Positions 28,465-39,047 are shown, counted from the stretch's first letter. The stretch is 64,000 bases of DNA from Candidatus Nanopelagicales bacterium (GCA_030830475.1 JAURMX010000009.1:5442-69441); one strand, 5' to 3'. Notes: a model not told the origin generated them from the sequence alone. Made by a program: numbers and translations.

Positions 28465-29444
28465 GCACTGAACTACGTCTCAGTTCCGAAAAGCGACTCC
28501 GGATTTTTACCGGACGTGGATACCCAGAGCTGGCTGAAGAGGTAGCAGCAGAACTTGGAGTGCCCATTACTCCAACCAGTGCTTATGACTTTGCTAACGG
28601 TGAAATATTTGTACGTTTTGAGGAGAGCGTTAGAGGTTGCGATGCCTTTGTAATTCAAAGCCATTCCGCTCCTGTAAATAAACAAATTATGGAGCAGCTC
28701 ATCATGGTTGATGCGCTAAAGCGCGCCTCTGCAAAAAGAATCACTGTAATTGTGCCGTTTTATGGATATGCCCGCCAGGACAAGAAGCACCGTGGACGTG
28801 AGCCAATCTCTGCACGATTGATGGCGGATCTATTCAAGACCGCTGGCGCAGATCGATTGATGACTGTTGATCTACACACTTCACAGATTCAGGGATTTTT
28901 CGATGGACCGGTTGATCACTTATTTGCCCTGCCACTGCTAGCAAATTACGTTGGCTCTAAAGTTGATCGATCTCGCCTAACCATTGTTTCTCCTGACTCA
29001 GGAAGAGTCAGAGTTGCAGAGCGCTGGAGCGATCTCTTGGGTGGAACCCAAATCGCATTTATTCATAAGACGCGAGATCCACGAATTCCAAATGAGGCTG
29101 TTACCGGCCGTGTAGTTGGAGAGGTTGAAGGCCAAACTTGCGTTGTTATCGACGACATGATCGATACCGCCGGAACTATCACTAAAGCGGTGGATGCACT
29201 TTACGATGCCGGGGCGAAAGAGGTAATTGTTGCCGCTACACATGCGGTGTTCTCAGGTCCAGCTGCAGATCGTCTGCGTAACTCAAAAGTCAGCGAGGTG
29301 GTTGTCGCAAACACCTTGCCGATTCCAGAAGAGAGCCGATTCCCAAATCTCACAGTTCTTTCAATAGCGCCATTGTTAGCCAGGGCAATTCGTGAGGTGT
29401 TTGAGGACGGGTCAGTCACCAGCCTATTTGATGGCCACTCTTAA
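28461..29444 (+). CDS. prs: Ribose-phosphate pyrophosphokinase
   Basis: YARQDKK, DLHTSQIQGFF and VVIDDMIDTAGT PRPP-binding loop. ATGA overlap with glmU. Confidence 0.95.
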   Translation: MSTELRLSSEKRLRIFTGRGYPELAEEVAAELGVPITPTSAYDFANGEIFVRFEESVRGCDAFVIQSHSAPVNKQIMEQLIMVDALKRASAKRITVIVPFYGYARQDKKHRGREPISARLMADLFKTAGADRLMTVDLHTSQIQGFFDGPVDHLFALPLLANYVGSKVDRSRLTIVSPDSGRVRVAERWSDLLGGTQIAFIHKTRDPRIPNEAVTGRVVGEVEGQTCVVIDDMIDTAGTITKAVDALYDAGAKEVIVAATHAVFSGPAADRLRNSKVSEVVVANTLPIPEESRFPNLTVLSIAPLLARAIREVFEDGSVTSLFDGHS

Positions 29445-30783
29445 AAAACTTTTCGCACTTTTCTGTGCGATAACTTTTCTACCTTTACTTCCGGCAAGTG
29501 CAGAAGAGCCGTATCGAATTACTGTTATGTCCCGAAATCTATATCTTGGGGCAGATGTTGGAGTAGCACTAGAAAAGATTCCTAACTTTCCAGCTGCTGC
29601 TCAATTCATGTGGGATCAGATAAAACAAACCAACTTTGCACTGCGAGCTCCCAAGTTAGCGCGGGAAGCGGTACAGGATCGGCCTGAAATTATTGGTATT
29701 CAAGAAGCGACAATCTGGTACTGCAAAAAGGATTTATTTAGCGATCAGGTGGAGGTTTTCAATTTTCTAGATGAGCTTGTTGCCGCTACCAAACTAACTG
29801 GAGTTGGTTACTCATTGGCAACCGCAAATGGTCAAGAGGCATTTAATCCGGGGTACAAGATCGCACCGGTTCCTTTTCTTACAAAGGTGAATGATCCCGA
29901 GGTTTTCCAGCCCATTTTTAAACAAGATAGTGCGGCTTGCGGGTTCACAATCGGAGATGCGTTATTAGTTCGAGATGATGTTAAGCAGCAAATCATTCAA
30001 GTTGGAAACTCTGAGTATGACGCTACCTATTCAATCGTGCCGGTATTGATGACTATTTATCGGGGATATACCTGGGTAGATTTCAAAGTGCGAGACTCCG
30101 TTGTTCGCGTAATTACGACCCACTTAGAATCTCTTTGGGATGAAAACAAGATTCCTAACTCTGCGCTGCAAGCCCAGCAATTAGTTGCTGATCTAAAGGA
30201 TTCAAAGATGCCAGTTATCGTCTTGGGGGATTTCAACGCCGATCCCAGGGATCCACGCGTTGTCAAAGAACCAAATCCTGGTGAACAGCCTGTAGTCAGC
30301 GATATTTGCCCAACACCAGGTGGAGCAAAGTGCAACGCCTACAGCACGATGGTTGAGGCGGGGTTTGAAAATGCTTCACCAGATGCCAGTAACCCGCGTT
30401 ATTTCACATGGGGTGCTAGCGCATTACTAAATGGTCCAGATAAGAAACGCGAGAAGTTTGCCTACGATTTTGGAAATCAATATGGATTTACTGATCGTTT
30501 GGATTACATATTTACCAAGAATGTTTACGCAACTGTTAGCTCTAAAATCATCGGCAATGTTTATCCCGACGGTAGTGGGGTATGGAGTTGCGGCGCAGAG
30601 CTTTGTTTTCCATCTGATCATGCCGGAGTTGTAGCCACCATCGAGCTACCTCGCAGTGCCGGAGCAATTGATCCAGATTTACCTACGCGGGAACGCTCCT
30701 CTCTTGCCTATCTGTCATATGTGGCCGCAGGAGCGTTGGTTTTGTTGGTTCTTCTGCTGCTTCGCAAGCGAATTTGGCGATAA
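29431..30783 (+). CDS. Secreted endonuclease/exonuclease/phosphatase (EEP) family protein with C-terminal membrane anchor
   Basis: Signal peptide MATLKKLFALFCAITFLPLLPASAEE. EEP motifs IIGIQEA, VLGDFNAD, PSDHAGV. Tail is LAYLSYVAAGALVLLVLLLLRKRIWR. The start overlaps prs by 14 nt. Confidence 0.8.
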   Translation: MATLKKLFALFCAITFLPLLPASAEEPYRITVMSRNLYLGADVGVALEKIPNFPAAAQFMWDQIKQTNFALRAPKLAREAVQDRPEIIGIQEATIWYCKKDLFSDQVEVFNFLDELVAATKLTGVGYSLATANGQEAFNPGYKIAPVPFLTKVNDPEVFQPIFKQDSAACGFTIGDALLVRDDVKQQIIQVGNSEYDATYSIVPVLMTIYRGYTWVDFKVRDSVVRVITTHLESLWDENKIPNSALQAQQLVADLKDSKMPVIVLGDFNADPRDPRVVKEPNPGEQPVVSDICPTPGGAKCNAYSTMVEAGFENASPDASNPRYFTWGASALLNGPDKKREKFAYDFGNQYGFTDRLDYIFTKNVYATVSSKIIGNVYPDGSGVWSCGAELCFPSDHAGVVATIELPRSAGAIDPDLPTRERSSLAYLSYVAAGALVLLVLLLLRKRIWR

Positions 30784-30854
30784 CTAAGAGTTTAGGTAGC
30801 CTTCAGCTCACTTAAGGCGAGGGGTAATCCCCGTTATCGACGAAAGGCTTAACA

Positions 30855-31484
30855 ATGGCAGAGGTATCAATCCAAGGCGCGATCCGTAATGAATTCGGAA
30901 AAGGCGCATCACGCAGAATACGTCGCGATGGCAATGTGCCAGCGGTTATTTATGGTCATGGCGAAAAGCCAACCCACATCTCACTTCCGGCCCGTGAAGT
31001 TGGAGTGGCCATTAAGACCTCAAACGTTTTGCTAAACATTAATCTTGGTGACAAGCAAGAGTTGGTTCTTCCAAAGTCCATTGTAAGAAATCCGCTCAAG
31101 GGAACTCTTGAGCATATTGATTTGATTATCGTCCGCCGCGGTGAGCGCGTTGTTGTTAACGTTCCTGTACACGCCCATGGAAAACATGATCCGGAAGGTA
31201 TTTTGGAGCACGTCCATAACACCATTGAGGTTGAGGCGGATGTAACCGCAATTCCAACCTCTCTTGATCTTGACATTGAAGGACTACCTGCAGGCGAGTC
31301 CAAGACTGCTGCTGATGTTGTTCTACCAGCTGGTGTAGTTCTGAAGAGTGATCCAAAGATGGTTGTTGTTCACCTATCTGTTCGCGCGACAGCGGAAGAG
31401 GCTGCACCTGTTGCGGCTGCCGCTGAAGGCGAAGCTGCAGCTGCTGCACCAGCTGAAGGTGCCGCTGAAGCTCAGTCCAGCTAA
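30855..31484 (+). CDS. rplY: 50S ribosomal protein L25 / general stress protein Ctc
   Basis: RNEFGKGASRRIRRDGNVPAVIYGHG N-terminus and an actinobacterial-type Ala/Glu-rich C-terminal tail. Confidence 0.92.
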   Translation: MAEVSIQGAIRNEFGKGASRRIRRDGNVPAVIYGHGEKPTHISLPAREVGVAIKTSNVLLNINLGDKQELVLPKSIVRNPLKGTLEHIDLIIVRRGERVVVNVPVHAHGKHDPEGILEHVHNTIEVEADVTAIPTSLDLDIEGLPAGESKTAADVVLPAGVVLKSDPKMVVVHLSVRATAEEAAPVAAAAEGEAAAAAPAEGAAEAQSS

Positions 31485-31519
31485 CTCTTTTCGTAACGCT
31501 TTACGGTTAACCTTTATCT

Positions 31520-32137
31520 ATGTTTGGCCGTAAATCTTCAGGCTCTGATAATCATTCAACTAATCGTTGGTTGATAGTTGGCTTGGGAAATCCCGGTCCT
31601 GAGTACGAGAAAACCCGACACAACATTGGTGCGATGGTGGTTAGTCATTTGGCGACTACCTCTGGAAGTAAGTTTTCCAGTCACAAAGCGCGGGCCAATG
31701 TCGCTGAGTTCAAATTAGGTCTTGGAGGCGATGCACCCGCCTTGGTGGTTGCGACACTTCGTTGTTATATGAATGAATCGGGTGGGCCAACCAAGGCGCT
31801 AGCTGATTTTTATAAGGTAAAGGGCGATCACATCATCATCGCTCATGACGAGTTAGATATTCCCTTTCAATCAATTCGGGTGAAATTTAGTGGTGGCGAC
31901 AATGGCCACAATGGCCTCAAGAGCATCACCTCAGCTTTGGGCTCTGCAGATTATTATCGATTAAGAGTTGGAATTGGCAGACCTCCAGGGCAGCAGGACC
32001 CAGCTGATTTTGTCTTAAAGCCTTTCTCTAGTGCAGAGAAAAAGTGCATGGATGAGTTCTTAATTACTGGTGGGCAGGCGATTGAATCATTAGTGCAGTT
32101 TGGCTTGGAGAAAACGCAGCAAAACTTTAACTCGTAA
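31520..32137 (+). CDS. pth: Peptidyl-tRNA hydrolase
   Basis: LIVGLGNPGPEYEKTRHNIG, HDELDIPF, GGDNGHNGLKS motifs. Confidence 0.93.
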   Translation: MFGRKSSGSDNHSTNRWLIVGLGNPGPEYEKTRHNIGAMVVSHLATTSGSKFSSHKARANVAEFKLGLGGDAPALVVATLRCYMNESGGPTKALADFYKVKGDHIIIAHDELDIPFQSIRVKFSGGDNGHNGLKSITSALGSADYYRLRVGIGRPPGQQDPADFVLKPFSSAEKKCMDEFLITGGQAIESLVQFGLEKTQQNFNS

Positions 32138-32149
32138 TCAGCCGGTCAA

Positions 32150-34840
32150 TCAGCCAGTATTGCGTAGGCCGGCGGCGACTCCATTAATAGTTAACAACAG
32201 CGCTCTAGTAATTATTGGGTCAGCGTTTTCGCCACGTACTTTTTTCAAAAGAGAGATCTGCAGCAAGTGAAGTGGAGCCAAATAAGCGTCGCGGATCTGC
32301 AAGGTGCGGGCCAGAATCTGTTGGTCGCCAAGGATCTCACTCTTCTTTGTAAGCAATAAAATCTCTTTGACTGTTAATTCAAACTCTCGCTCGATAGTGT
32401 CAAGAAAATGATGTAGCTCGGGGTCAACCAATGCAGTTACATACTTTCGAGCCATCGCCAAATCTGTTTTGGCTAAAGTCATCTCAACATTGCTTATGAA
32501 GGTGCGGAAGAAATGCCAATCCCGCAACATTGCTTGCATAGTTTGTTCATGACCAGATTCGCGAGCGGCTTTCAAACCGCTTCCGACACCAAACCAACCC
32601 GGCACAATCTGACGGGATTGAGTCCAACCAAAAACCCAGGGAATAGCGCGTAAAGAAGAGAGATCGGCGCTGGCATCGGGACGTCTTGATGGACGAGAAC
32701 CTAGAAACAGATTTCCAAGTTGTTCAACTGGGGTGGATTGATAGAAATAAGCGGGTAGATCTGGATGCTCAACTAGAGAGCGGTAGGAAGTGAATGAGGC
32801 ATCACTAATTGCGCTCATAGCAGTGTTCCACTTAATTAAATCCTCAGGGGATTGACGGGCAGCGCGGTTTAGAACTGTGGCCTCTAACGCCGCAGCGAGA
32901 GTTAGTTCGACATTTTCTCTGGCCAAGGAAGGCAGTGCATATTTGTCAGAGATGACCTCGCCCTGTTCTGTCATCTTTATTTGACCATCAAGGGTTCCCC
33001 AGGGCAACGCGATAATCGCATCGTAAGTTGGTCCACCGCCACGTCCGACTGAGCCACCGCGGCCATGGAAAAGTCTTAACTTGATTCCATGTTTACGTGC
33101 TACATCACGGAGTTTTCGTTGCGCTTGGTGAATTTCCCATTGGCTGGTGGCAATTCCCGCATCCTTATTTGAATCAGAGTAGCCCAACATCACCTCTTGA
33201 ACGTTGCCCCGAAGTTCAACGATTTTGCGATAAGTCGGATTTGATAAGAGTCTTTCTAGGATTTCCCCTGCAGCGCGCAGCTCCGCAACTGTTTCTAGCA
33301 ATGGTGCAACATCCACCCTCGCCACTTCATTACTCAAATCAATCAAACCAGCTTTTTTAGCTAGTAATGCCGCAGCCAAAACATCCTCTGGCCCCTTAGT
33401 CATTGAAACTATGTAGGTTTCAACTACTGAAGGATCAAAAGTCTCCTGTAACTCTTTTATGGCGGTGAAGGTGCGCAAAGTCTTCGCATCCTGCTCATCC
33501 AGTTTTGCGCTCTCTACATTTTGCGCCTTTAATTGTTCAGTTAAGAAATCACACTTAGCAATCGAATCTAAATCAACATAATTTTCACTTGGGTAAAGAG
33601 CAGCAATAGCGCGCTGGTGAGCCCCAGAATGCTCTCGTACATCCATCGTGGCGTGTGTTAAGCCAAAAGCCGCGATGGTTCTGATGGTTCGCTCCAATAA
33701 TCCCTGAGCAATCAATTCACCCCTATTCGCAAGCAGGGAGTTGTACATCAACATCAAATCATCAATTAACTCTTGGGTATTTGCGTAATCTCGACCCGGT
33801 TCATGTGCGCTGCCTTTGGCATGTCGATCTCGAGTAAGAAGTAAGCGATGTCGAATCGCAGTTGCCTTTAATCGGTAGGGTTCTTCCACATTTATCCGCT
33901 TAAATCTAGGCTCAATCTCAGGCAGTCTATGTAGATCCTGTGCCACAGAATCCAACAATGGCTGTGAAGTGCCCGCTAATTTTGTTGAGATTGATAGCGC
34001 CTGACGCAGTTCATCTAAAGCTTCAAGGGTTACCCGTATGGCATGGCCCATCTGCAAAACGATGGCCTGCTTAGTTATCTCCGGGGTTATGTTTGGGTTG
34101 CCATCACGGTCGCCGCCAATCCAAGAACCAAATGTGAATGGTGTTGCAGTGGGAGGTAGCTTTATGCCTAGGCGTTTTAATTCGCGGGCAAAATCATCAA
34201 GCACCTCCGGAATTGTTAACCGGAACAGATCGTCTAAATAATAAAGAGCGTTAATCGCTTCATCCAATGGCTCTGGTCTTCCTAAGCGAAGCTCATCTGT
34301 CTGCCATAACAAATCAACTGCCTCTGCCAATCTTCTGTCTTGGGCGGGAGATTCTGTTTGATCTAGTAACTCTGAAATAGTGGAAAGTTTGCTTAAGACA
34401 GATCTGCGCGCCGCCTCAGTTGGATGGGCGGTAAATACTGGTCGAACCTGAAAATCTTCCAGCCATTTGCGTAACTGATCATCTGAAAAATCATGACCAG
34501 AGTTCTTTGCTTCCAAAATATGATCTACGGCGCGCGATAACCATGAACCACCATTGTTTCGCTCATCAGCTAAAACTCTGGAGCGATGCACCTGTTCGGC
34601 AACATTTGCCAGATTGAAGTAAACGTTAAAAGCACGTACGAGTTTGACTGCATCTGCAGTGGAGATGGATTTCAATAAGTCTTCGCCATTACCCTCTCGA
34701 ACTGATTTGCGAACCAGTTCCACAAGATTTAGTAGCGCTTCGCCATCTTGGCGTGCCAAGGATTGACCGAGAAGTTCGCCCAATCTTCTAACATCGCTGC
34801 GCAAAGAGGCGTTATCTTGAGATTTATCTAGGCCGGACAC
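32150..34840 (-). CDS. ppc: Phosphoenolpyruvate carboxylase
   Basis: VFTAHPTE, GYSDSNKDAG, FHGRGGSVGRGGGP and the diagnostic C-terminal ...GLRNTG. 896 aa. Confidence 0.95.
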   Translation of the reverse strand: MSGLDKSQDNASLRSDVRRLGELLGQSLARQDGEALLNLVELVRKSVREGNGEDLLKSISTADAVKLVRAFNVYFNLANVAEQVHRSRVLADERNNGGSWLSRAVDHILEAKNSGHDFSDDQLRKWLEDFQVRPVFTAHPTEAARRSVLSKLSTISELLDQTESPAQDRRLAEAVDLLWQTDELRLGRPEPLDEAINALYYLDDLFRLTIPEVLDDFARELKRLGIKLPPTATPFTFGSWIGGDRDGNPNITPEITKQAIVLQMGHAIRVTLEALDELRQALSISTKLAGTSQPLLDSVAQDLHRLPEIEPRFKRINVEEPYRLKATAIRHRLLLTRDRHAKGSAHEPGRDYANTQELIDDLMLMYNSLLANRGELIAQGLLERTIRTIAAFGLTHATMDVREHSGAHQRAIAALYPSENYVDLDSIAKCDFLTEQLKAQNVESAKLDEQDAKTLRTFTAIKELQETFDPSVVETYIVSMTKGPEDVLAAALLAKKAGLIDLSNEVARVDVAPLLETVAELRAAGEILERLLSNPTYRKIVELRGNVQEVMLGYSDSNKDAGIATSQWEIHQAQRKLRDVARKHGIKLRLFHGRGGSVGRGGGPTYDAIIALPWGTLDGQIKMTEQGEVISDKYALPSLARENVELTLAAALEATVLNRAARQSPEDLIKWNTAMSAISDASFTSYRSLVEHPDLPAYFYQSTPVEQLGNLFLGSRPSRRPDASADLSSLRAIPWVFGWTQSRQIVPGWFGVGSGLKAARESGHEQTMQAMLRDWHFFRTFISNVEMTLAKTDLAMARKYVTALVDPELHHFLDTIEREFELTVKEILLLTKKSEILGDQQILARTLQIRDAYLAPLHLLQISLLKKVRGENADPIITRALLLTINGVAAGLRNTG

Positions 34841-34946
34841 CGGCTAATAATGGCACGATAGAATTGCATCAAGTTCGTTAGCCCCCCTGGTTTTTTCAGG
34901 TGGGGCTTTAAGCCGTTTGTTTAAGCAGGTGGAGGAGGTTTTAGCA

Positions 34947-37900
34947 ATGAGATTACGTTCTTTCATCTCGCTATCTGAAACAACCCAGAACCTACTGCAA
35001 TCGAAAAATGCGAAGCTGATTGCAATTCCATCGGTAACTCCATTTCTAATCGCAGACGAGGCCAAAGAGAAGCAGATCCTGCTGGTGGCGCATTCCAGTC
35101 AACGCGCGACTGAGTTAGCGCAAGAGTTAGCGGAGTTAATAGATGGGGTTATGGAGTTTCCGGCTTGGGAAACCTTGCCCCATGAAAAGCTGAGTCCTAA
35201 CAGTGACACTGTGGCAAGAAGAATTAATACCTTGCTAAACATAAATCAGGCCAAAGTAGTAGTTACCTCCGCACGTGCTTTAGTACAACCAATTGTTGCT
35301 TCTGCCATTGAACTACCGCTTTTGCAGATATATAGAGGTCAAGAGATTGAATTTGAAAATCTAATCTCGGAATTAGTTTTAAGAGCATATAACCGAGTCG
35401 ATATGGTGGAGCGAAGAGGTGATTTTGCGGTTCGAGGTGGAATTATCGATGTTTTTCCTCCGCTTTCAGCACATCCAGTGCGTATCGAATTCTTTGGTGA
35501 TGAGATTGATGAGCTTAAATACTTTGAGATCAGCGATCAAAGAAGTTTCGAGGCGATTAACTCTCAGTTAACTCTAATTCCCTGCCGTGAGGTGTTAATT
35601 ACTGATGAAGTCAAAGCGCGAGCTAGCGAGTTGAGGGTTAAGTATCCAGAGCTGCTTGGTATGTGTAACAAGATAGCGGAGGGAATTTATGTAGAGGGAA
35701 TCGAGTCTCTCGCAGCGGTTCTTACTCCAAATATGAAAACTTTGATCGAGTACATTTCAGAAGGCTCTAAAGTTATTTTGTTAGAGCAGGAGCGGATTAA
35801 ATCTCGAGTGCAAGATCTAATCAGCACTAATCAAGAGTTCTTAGCGGCCGCTTGGTCCAATATCGCTTTAACGAGCAAATCTGATGCGGTAAATCCGCAA
35901 ATACCGTTGCGTACTGAGCTACAAATCGGCGCTTTTGTTGAACTGGATAAGTTAAAGGATTTGGCCTCTTACAGAGGCATATCTTGGAGCAGTATCAACT
36001 CCTTTGGAATTGAATCAGATCCGGAGGTTAATCAGTTCGTAGAGATTGAGCCTTATCGGAATAAGGTTGAGAAACTCATCTCTGATGTGAAGAATCACTT
36101 AGCAGATGGATATTTAGTTGTTATTTCAGTTGCCGGGCATGGTCTACAGGAGCGATATAGAGATATTTTCCAAGAAGCTGATATTGCAGCGGTGCTAAAG
36201 GAAAAGATAGATACCAAGCTGGTTAGAGGTAACCTCTATTTGATTAGCTCAGCTTTTAGAAATGGTTTTAAAGATGTTGCAGAGAAGATTTTATTTATAA
36301 CAGAGGCGGAGATAACTGGTTCTAGGGACAACCGAATCTCTGCTACCCGAATGCCATCGCGGCGTAAAAAGAGCATTGACCCCCTAGAACTAAAGAGTGG
36401 GGATTATGTAGTTCATGAGCAGCACGGTGTAGGTCGATACATCGAGTTAGTGCAAAGAACAGCTGCTGGAGCTTCCCGCGAATATCTGGTTATTGAGTAC
36501 GCTGCCTCAAAACGGGGGCAGCCTGCAGATCGAATATTTGTCCCAACTGATGCTCTCGAACAGATAACCAGATATGTGGGTGGTGAAACCCCTGCTGTCA
36601 ATCGCATCGGAGGCGGCGATTGGATAAAGGCAAAATCAAGAGCTAAGAAAGCGGTAAAAGAGATTGCCGGGGAGTTAATACGTTTGTATGCAGCTCGTAC
36701 TAGTTCACCAGGGTTTGCATTTTCTCCCGATACAACTTGGCAGCGAGAGCTTGAGGACTCCTTTGCTTACATAGAAACTCCCGATCAGCTGGTAACAATC
36801 AATGAGGTTAAGGCTGATATGGAAAAGCCCTACCCCATGGATCGAATAGTTTGTGGCGATGTTGGTTATGGCAAAACAGAGATCGCGATTCGAGCTGCAT
36901 TCAAAGCGGTACAAGATGGTAAACAGGTGGCGGTGTTGGTTCCCACAACCCTATTGGCCCAACAACACTTTGCGACCTTCACTCAGAGGTACGCGGGATT
37001 TCCAATAAAGGTAGCTGGTCTCTCTCGTTTTAACTCAACTAAAGAGATTAATGATGCTTTATTGGAGTTGGCCTCTGGTGCGGTTGATGTAGTGATAGGA
37101 ACTCATCGATTGTTATCTGAAGATGTTGCCTTTAGAGATCTAGGCCTAATAATCGTTGATGAAGAGCAGAGATTCGGAGTTGAGCACAAGGAAAAATTAA
37201 AGAAATTAAGGGCCAGCGTTGATGTTTTAGCGATGTCAGCTACCCCGATTCCACGCACATTAGAGATGGCAATTACCGGCATACGAGAAATGTCAACAAT
37301 TGCAACACCACCAGAGGAGCGACATCCAGTACTCACTTATGTGGGCGCGTATGACGATAAGCAGGTTGCAGCAGCCATTCACCGAGAATTATTAAGAGAT
37401 GGCCAGGTTTTCTATATTCACAATCGTGTCGAAAGTATCGATGAAGTGGCCGCCCGGATTAGGCGATTAGTGCCCGAAGCACGAGTTGCTATAGCACATG
37501 GTCAGATGAATGAAGCGGCACTCGAGCAAGTAGTGGTTGCTTTTTGGAATCGGGAGTTTGATGTTCTAGTTTCAACCACAATTGTAGAAAATGGTATTGA
37601 TGTTGCTAACGCCAACACCTTGTTAGTGGAACGTTCGGATATCTTTGGCTTATCACAGTTGCATCAATTACGAGGCAGAGTGGGACGGGGACGGGAGCGT
37701 GCTTATGCTTACTTCTTATTTCCTGCAGATAAACCACTAAGCGAGTTGGCGCTAGATCGCTTAACAACTATTGCCAAGAACACTGAGTTGGGTGCTGGCA
37801 TGCAGGTTGCGCTTAAAGATTTAGAGATCAGGGGTGCAGGTAATTTGCTCGGCGGTGAGCAGTCCGGTCACATCGCCGATGTTGGATTTGATCTTTACAT

Positions 37901-38438
37901 GCGAATGGTTGGGGAAGCGGTTAATGAGTATAAGCGTGGAGTTATTGATGGAGTAGAAGAGAGCTTGGAGTGCAAGGTCGAGCTACCTATAACCGCTCAT
38001 CTCTCACCAGAATATGTTCCATCTGATCGTTTAAGGCTAGATCTCTATAGACGACTTGCTGATGCCAAAGTTGATGCAGAGATTGATGCAATTAAAGAGG
38101 AGTTAGTGGACCGATTTGGTGCTTTGCCACATGAAGCAGAAGCGCTATTACAAGTGGCAAAGTTGCGCACCTTTGTTAAATCACACGGCATCACCGATTT
38201 TGCGGTTCAGGGCCGTTATGTGAAGGTCGCTCCACTAAAACCTAGTGAGTCCTTAGAACTCAAGATAAATCGTCTCTATCCAGGCTCAATTGTGAAATCT
38301 GTGACAAAGGTAGTGATGATTGCCCGCCCGCAGAGCGCAGCGTGGGAGTCAGCAGTAGATGAAATAGGAGATACTTCACTCCTTGATTGGGCCTTTGAGT
38401 TAGCACAGACTTTGCTTGAGCGCCCCAAACGAAAGTGA
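34947..38438 (+). CDS. mfd: Transcription-repair coupling factor
   Basis: UvrB-homology N-terminus, CarD-like domain (GDYVVHEQHGVGRY), SF2 helicase motifs (CGDVGYGKTE, DEEQRFG, SATPIPRT, QLRGRVGR) and TRG region. GGAGGAGG RBS precedes ATG 34947. Confidence 0.95.
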   Translation: MRLRSFISLSETTQNLLQSKNAKLIAIPSVTPFLIADEAKEKQILLVAHSSQRATELAQELAELIDGVMEFPAWETLPHEKLSPNSDTVARRINTLLNINQAKVVVTSARALVQPIVASAIELPLLQIYRGQEIEFENLISELVLRAYNRVDMVERRGDFAVRGGIIDVFPPLSAHPVRIEFFGDEIDELKYFEISDQRSFEAINSQLTLIPCREVLITDEVKARASELRVKYPELLGMCNKIAEGIYVEGIESLAAVLTPNMKTLIEYISEGSKVILLEQERIKSRVQDLISTNQEFLAAAWSNIALTSKSDAVNPQIPLRTELQIGAFVELDKLKDLASYRGISWSSINSFGIESDPEVNQFVEIEPYRNKVEKLISDVKNHLADGYLVVISVAGHGLQERYRDIFQEADIAAVLKEKIDTKLVRGNLYLISSAFRNGFKDVAEKILFITEAEITGSRDNRISATRMPSRRKKSIDPLELKSGDYVVHEQHGVGRYIELVQRTAAGASREYLVIEYAASKRGQPADRIFVPTDALEQITRYVGGETPAVNRIGGGDWIKAKSRAKKAVKEIAGELIRLYAARTSSPGFAFSPDTTWQRELEDSFAYIETPDQLVTINEVKADMEKPYPMDRIVCGDVGYGKTEIAIRAAFKAVQDGKQVAVLVPTTLLAQQHFATFTQRYAGFPIKVAGLSRFNSTKEINDALLELASGAVDVVIGTHRLLSEDVAFRDLGLIIVDEEQRFGVEHKEKLKKLRASVDVLAMSATPIPRTLEMAITGIREMSTIATPPEERHPVLTYVGAYDDKQVAAAIHRELLRDGQVFYIHNRVESIDEVAARIRRLVPEARVAIAHGQMNEAALEQVVVAFWNREFDVLVSTTIVENGIDVANANTLLVERSDIFGLSQLHQLRGRVGRGRERAYAYFLFPADKPLSELALDRLTTIAKNTELGAGMQVALKDLEIRGAGNLLGGEQSGHIADVGFDLYMRMVGEAVNEYKRGVIDGVEESLECKVELPITAHLSPEYVPSDRLRLDLYRRLADAKVDAEIDAIKEELVDRFGALPHEAEALLQVAKLRTFVKSHGITDFAVQGRYVKVAPLKPSESLELKINRLYPGSIVKSVTKVVMIARPQSAAWESAVDEIGDTSLLDWAFELAQTLLERPKRK

Positions 38439-38444
38439 GATTTT

Positions 38445-39041
38445 GTGAAGAGATTTCTAGCTGTTCTTCTGGCCGTTGCAATAGCGGTTACCGGATGTTC
38501 AAATGTGGATTCAGCAGCAACCGTTGGCGACAAAGAGATTGCTCTCTCTGATTTACAGTCACAGGTTGACCTAATCCTAAAAGAACGTGATGGTGTTGAT
38601 ACCTCACAGATGCAGCTTGAGGATGGCGATGCATTGACCCGCTCACAACTCTCTTACATGATTTCAAATGCCATCATCGAAGATGTTGCTAAAGATGAGA
38701 ATATTGAAATCAGCGCTTCAGAGATTGAGGCGTACAAGATAGAGATTTATACCAACATTGGTGGCGAGGCCAACCTGCCGAATGTCCTAGTCAGCGCAGC
38801 AATTCCCTCTACATCACTTGATGATGTTCTGCGTCGCGATCTGATTTTGCGTAAATTGACTGAACAACAATCTGCCGCTGGTGCAGATGAAAACTCAATC
38901 AATACCTTTATTCAAAACTTGGTCACAGATAAGGCCAAAGCGCTGAATGTCACCGTTAATCCGCGATATGGAAAGTGGGATGAGTCCACTCTCTCTGTAG
39001 TTGCTACAGAAGCTGCGGGTGACGCCGTAACAGATAAGTAA
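38445..39041 (+). CDS. Lipoprotein, SurA N-terminal-domain-like (chaperone-like) protein
   Basis: Lipobox LAVAIAVTGCS. The mature part resembles SurA_N-type helical domains. Family call is weak. Confidence 0.65.
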   Translation: MKRFLAVLLAVAIAVTGCSNVDSAATVGDKEIALSDLQSQVDLILKERDGVDTSQMQLEDGDALTRSQLSYMISNAIIEDVAKDENIEISASEIEAYKIEIYTNIGGEANLPNVLVSAAIPSTSLDDVLRRDLILRKLTEQQSAAGADENSINTFIQNLVTDKAKALNVTVNPRYGKWDESTLSVVATEAAGDAVTDK

Positions 39042-39047
39042 ATCTTC

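Noticed and set aside
30643-30783. A canonical sortase LPXTG signal on the EEP protein.
   Set aside because: The motif reads LPTRE or LPRSAG, which is not LPXTG or LAXTG. It is kept only as a low-confidence sorting-signal-like observation, not called as a sortase substrate.
32136-32155. An 8-nt direct repeat AATCAGCC x2 between the pth and ppc stops.
   Set aside because: It is too short to be distinguished from chance, and the second copy is simply the ppc stop region.
34844-35065. A 73-aa ORF on the - strand in the ppc/mfd divergent region.
   Set aside because: It overlaps the well-supported mfd start region and has no RBS or motif, so it is a shadow ORF.
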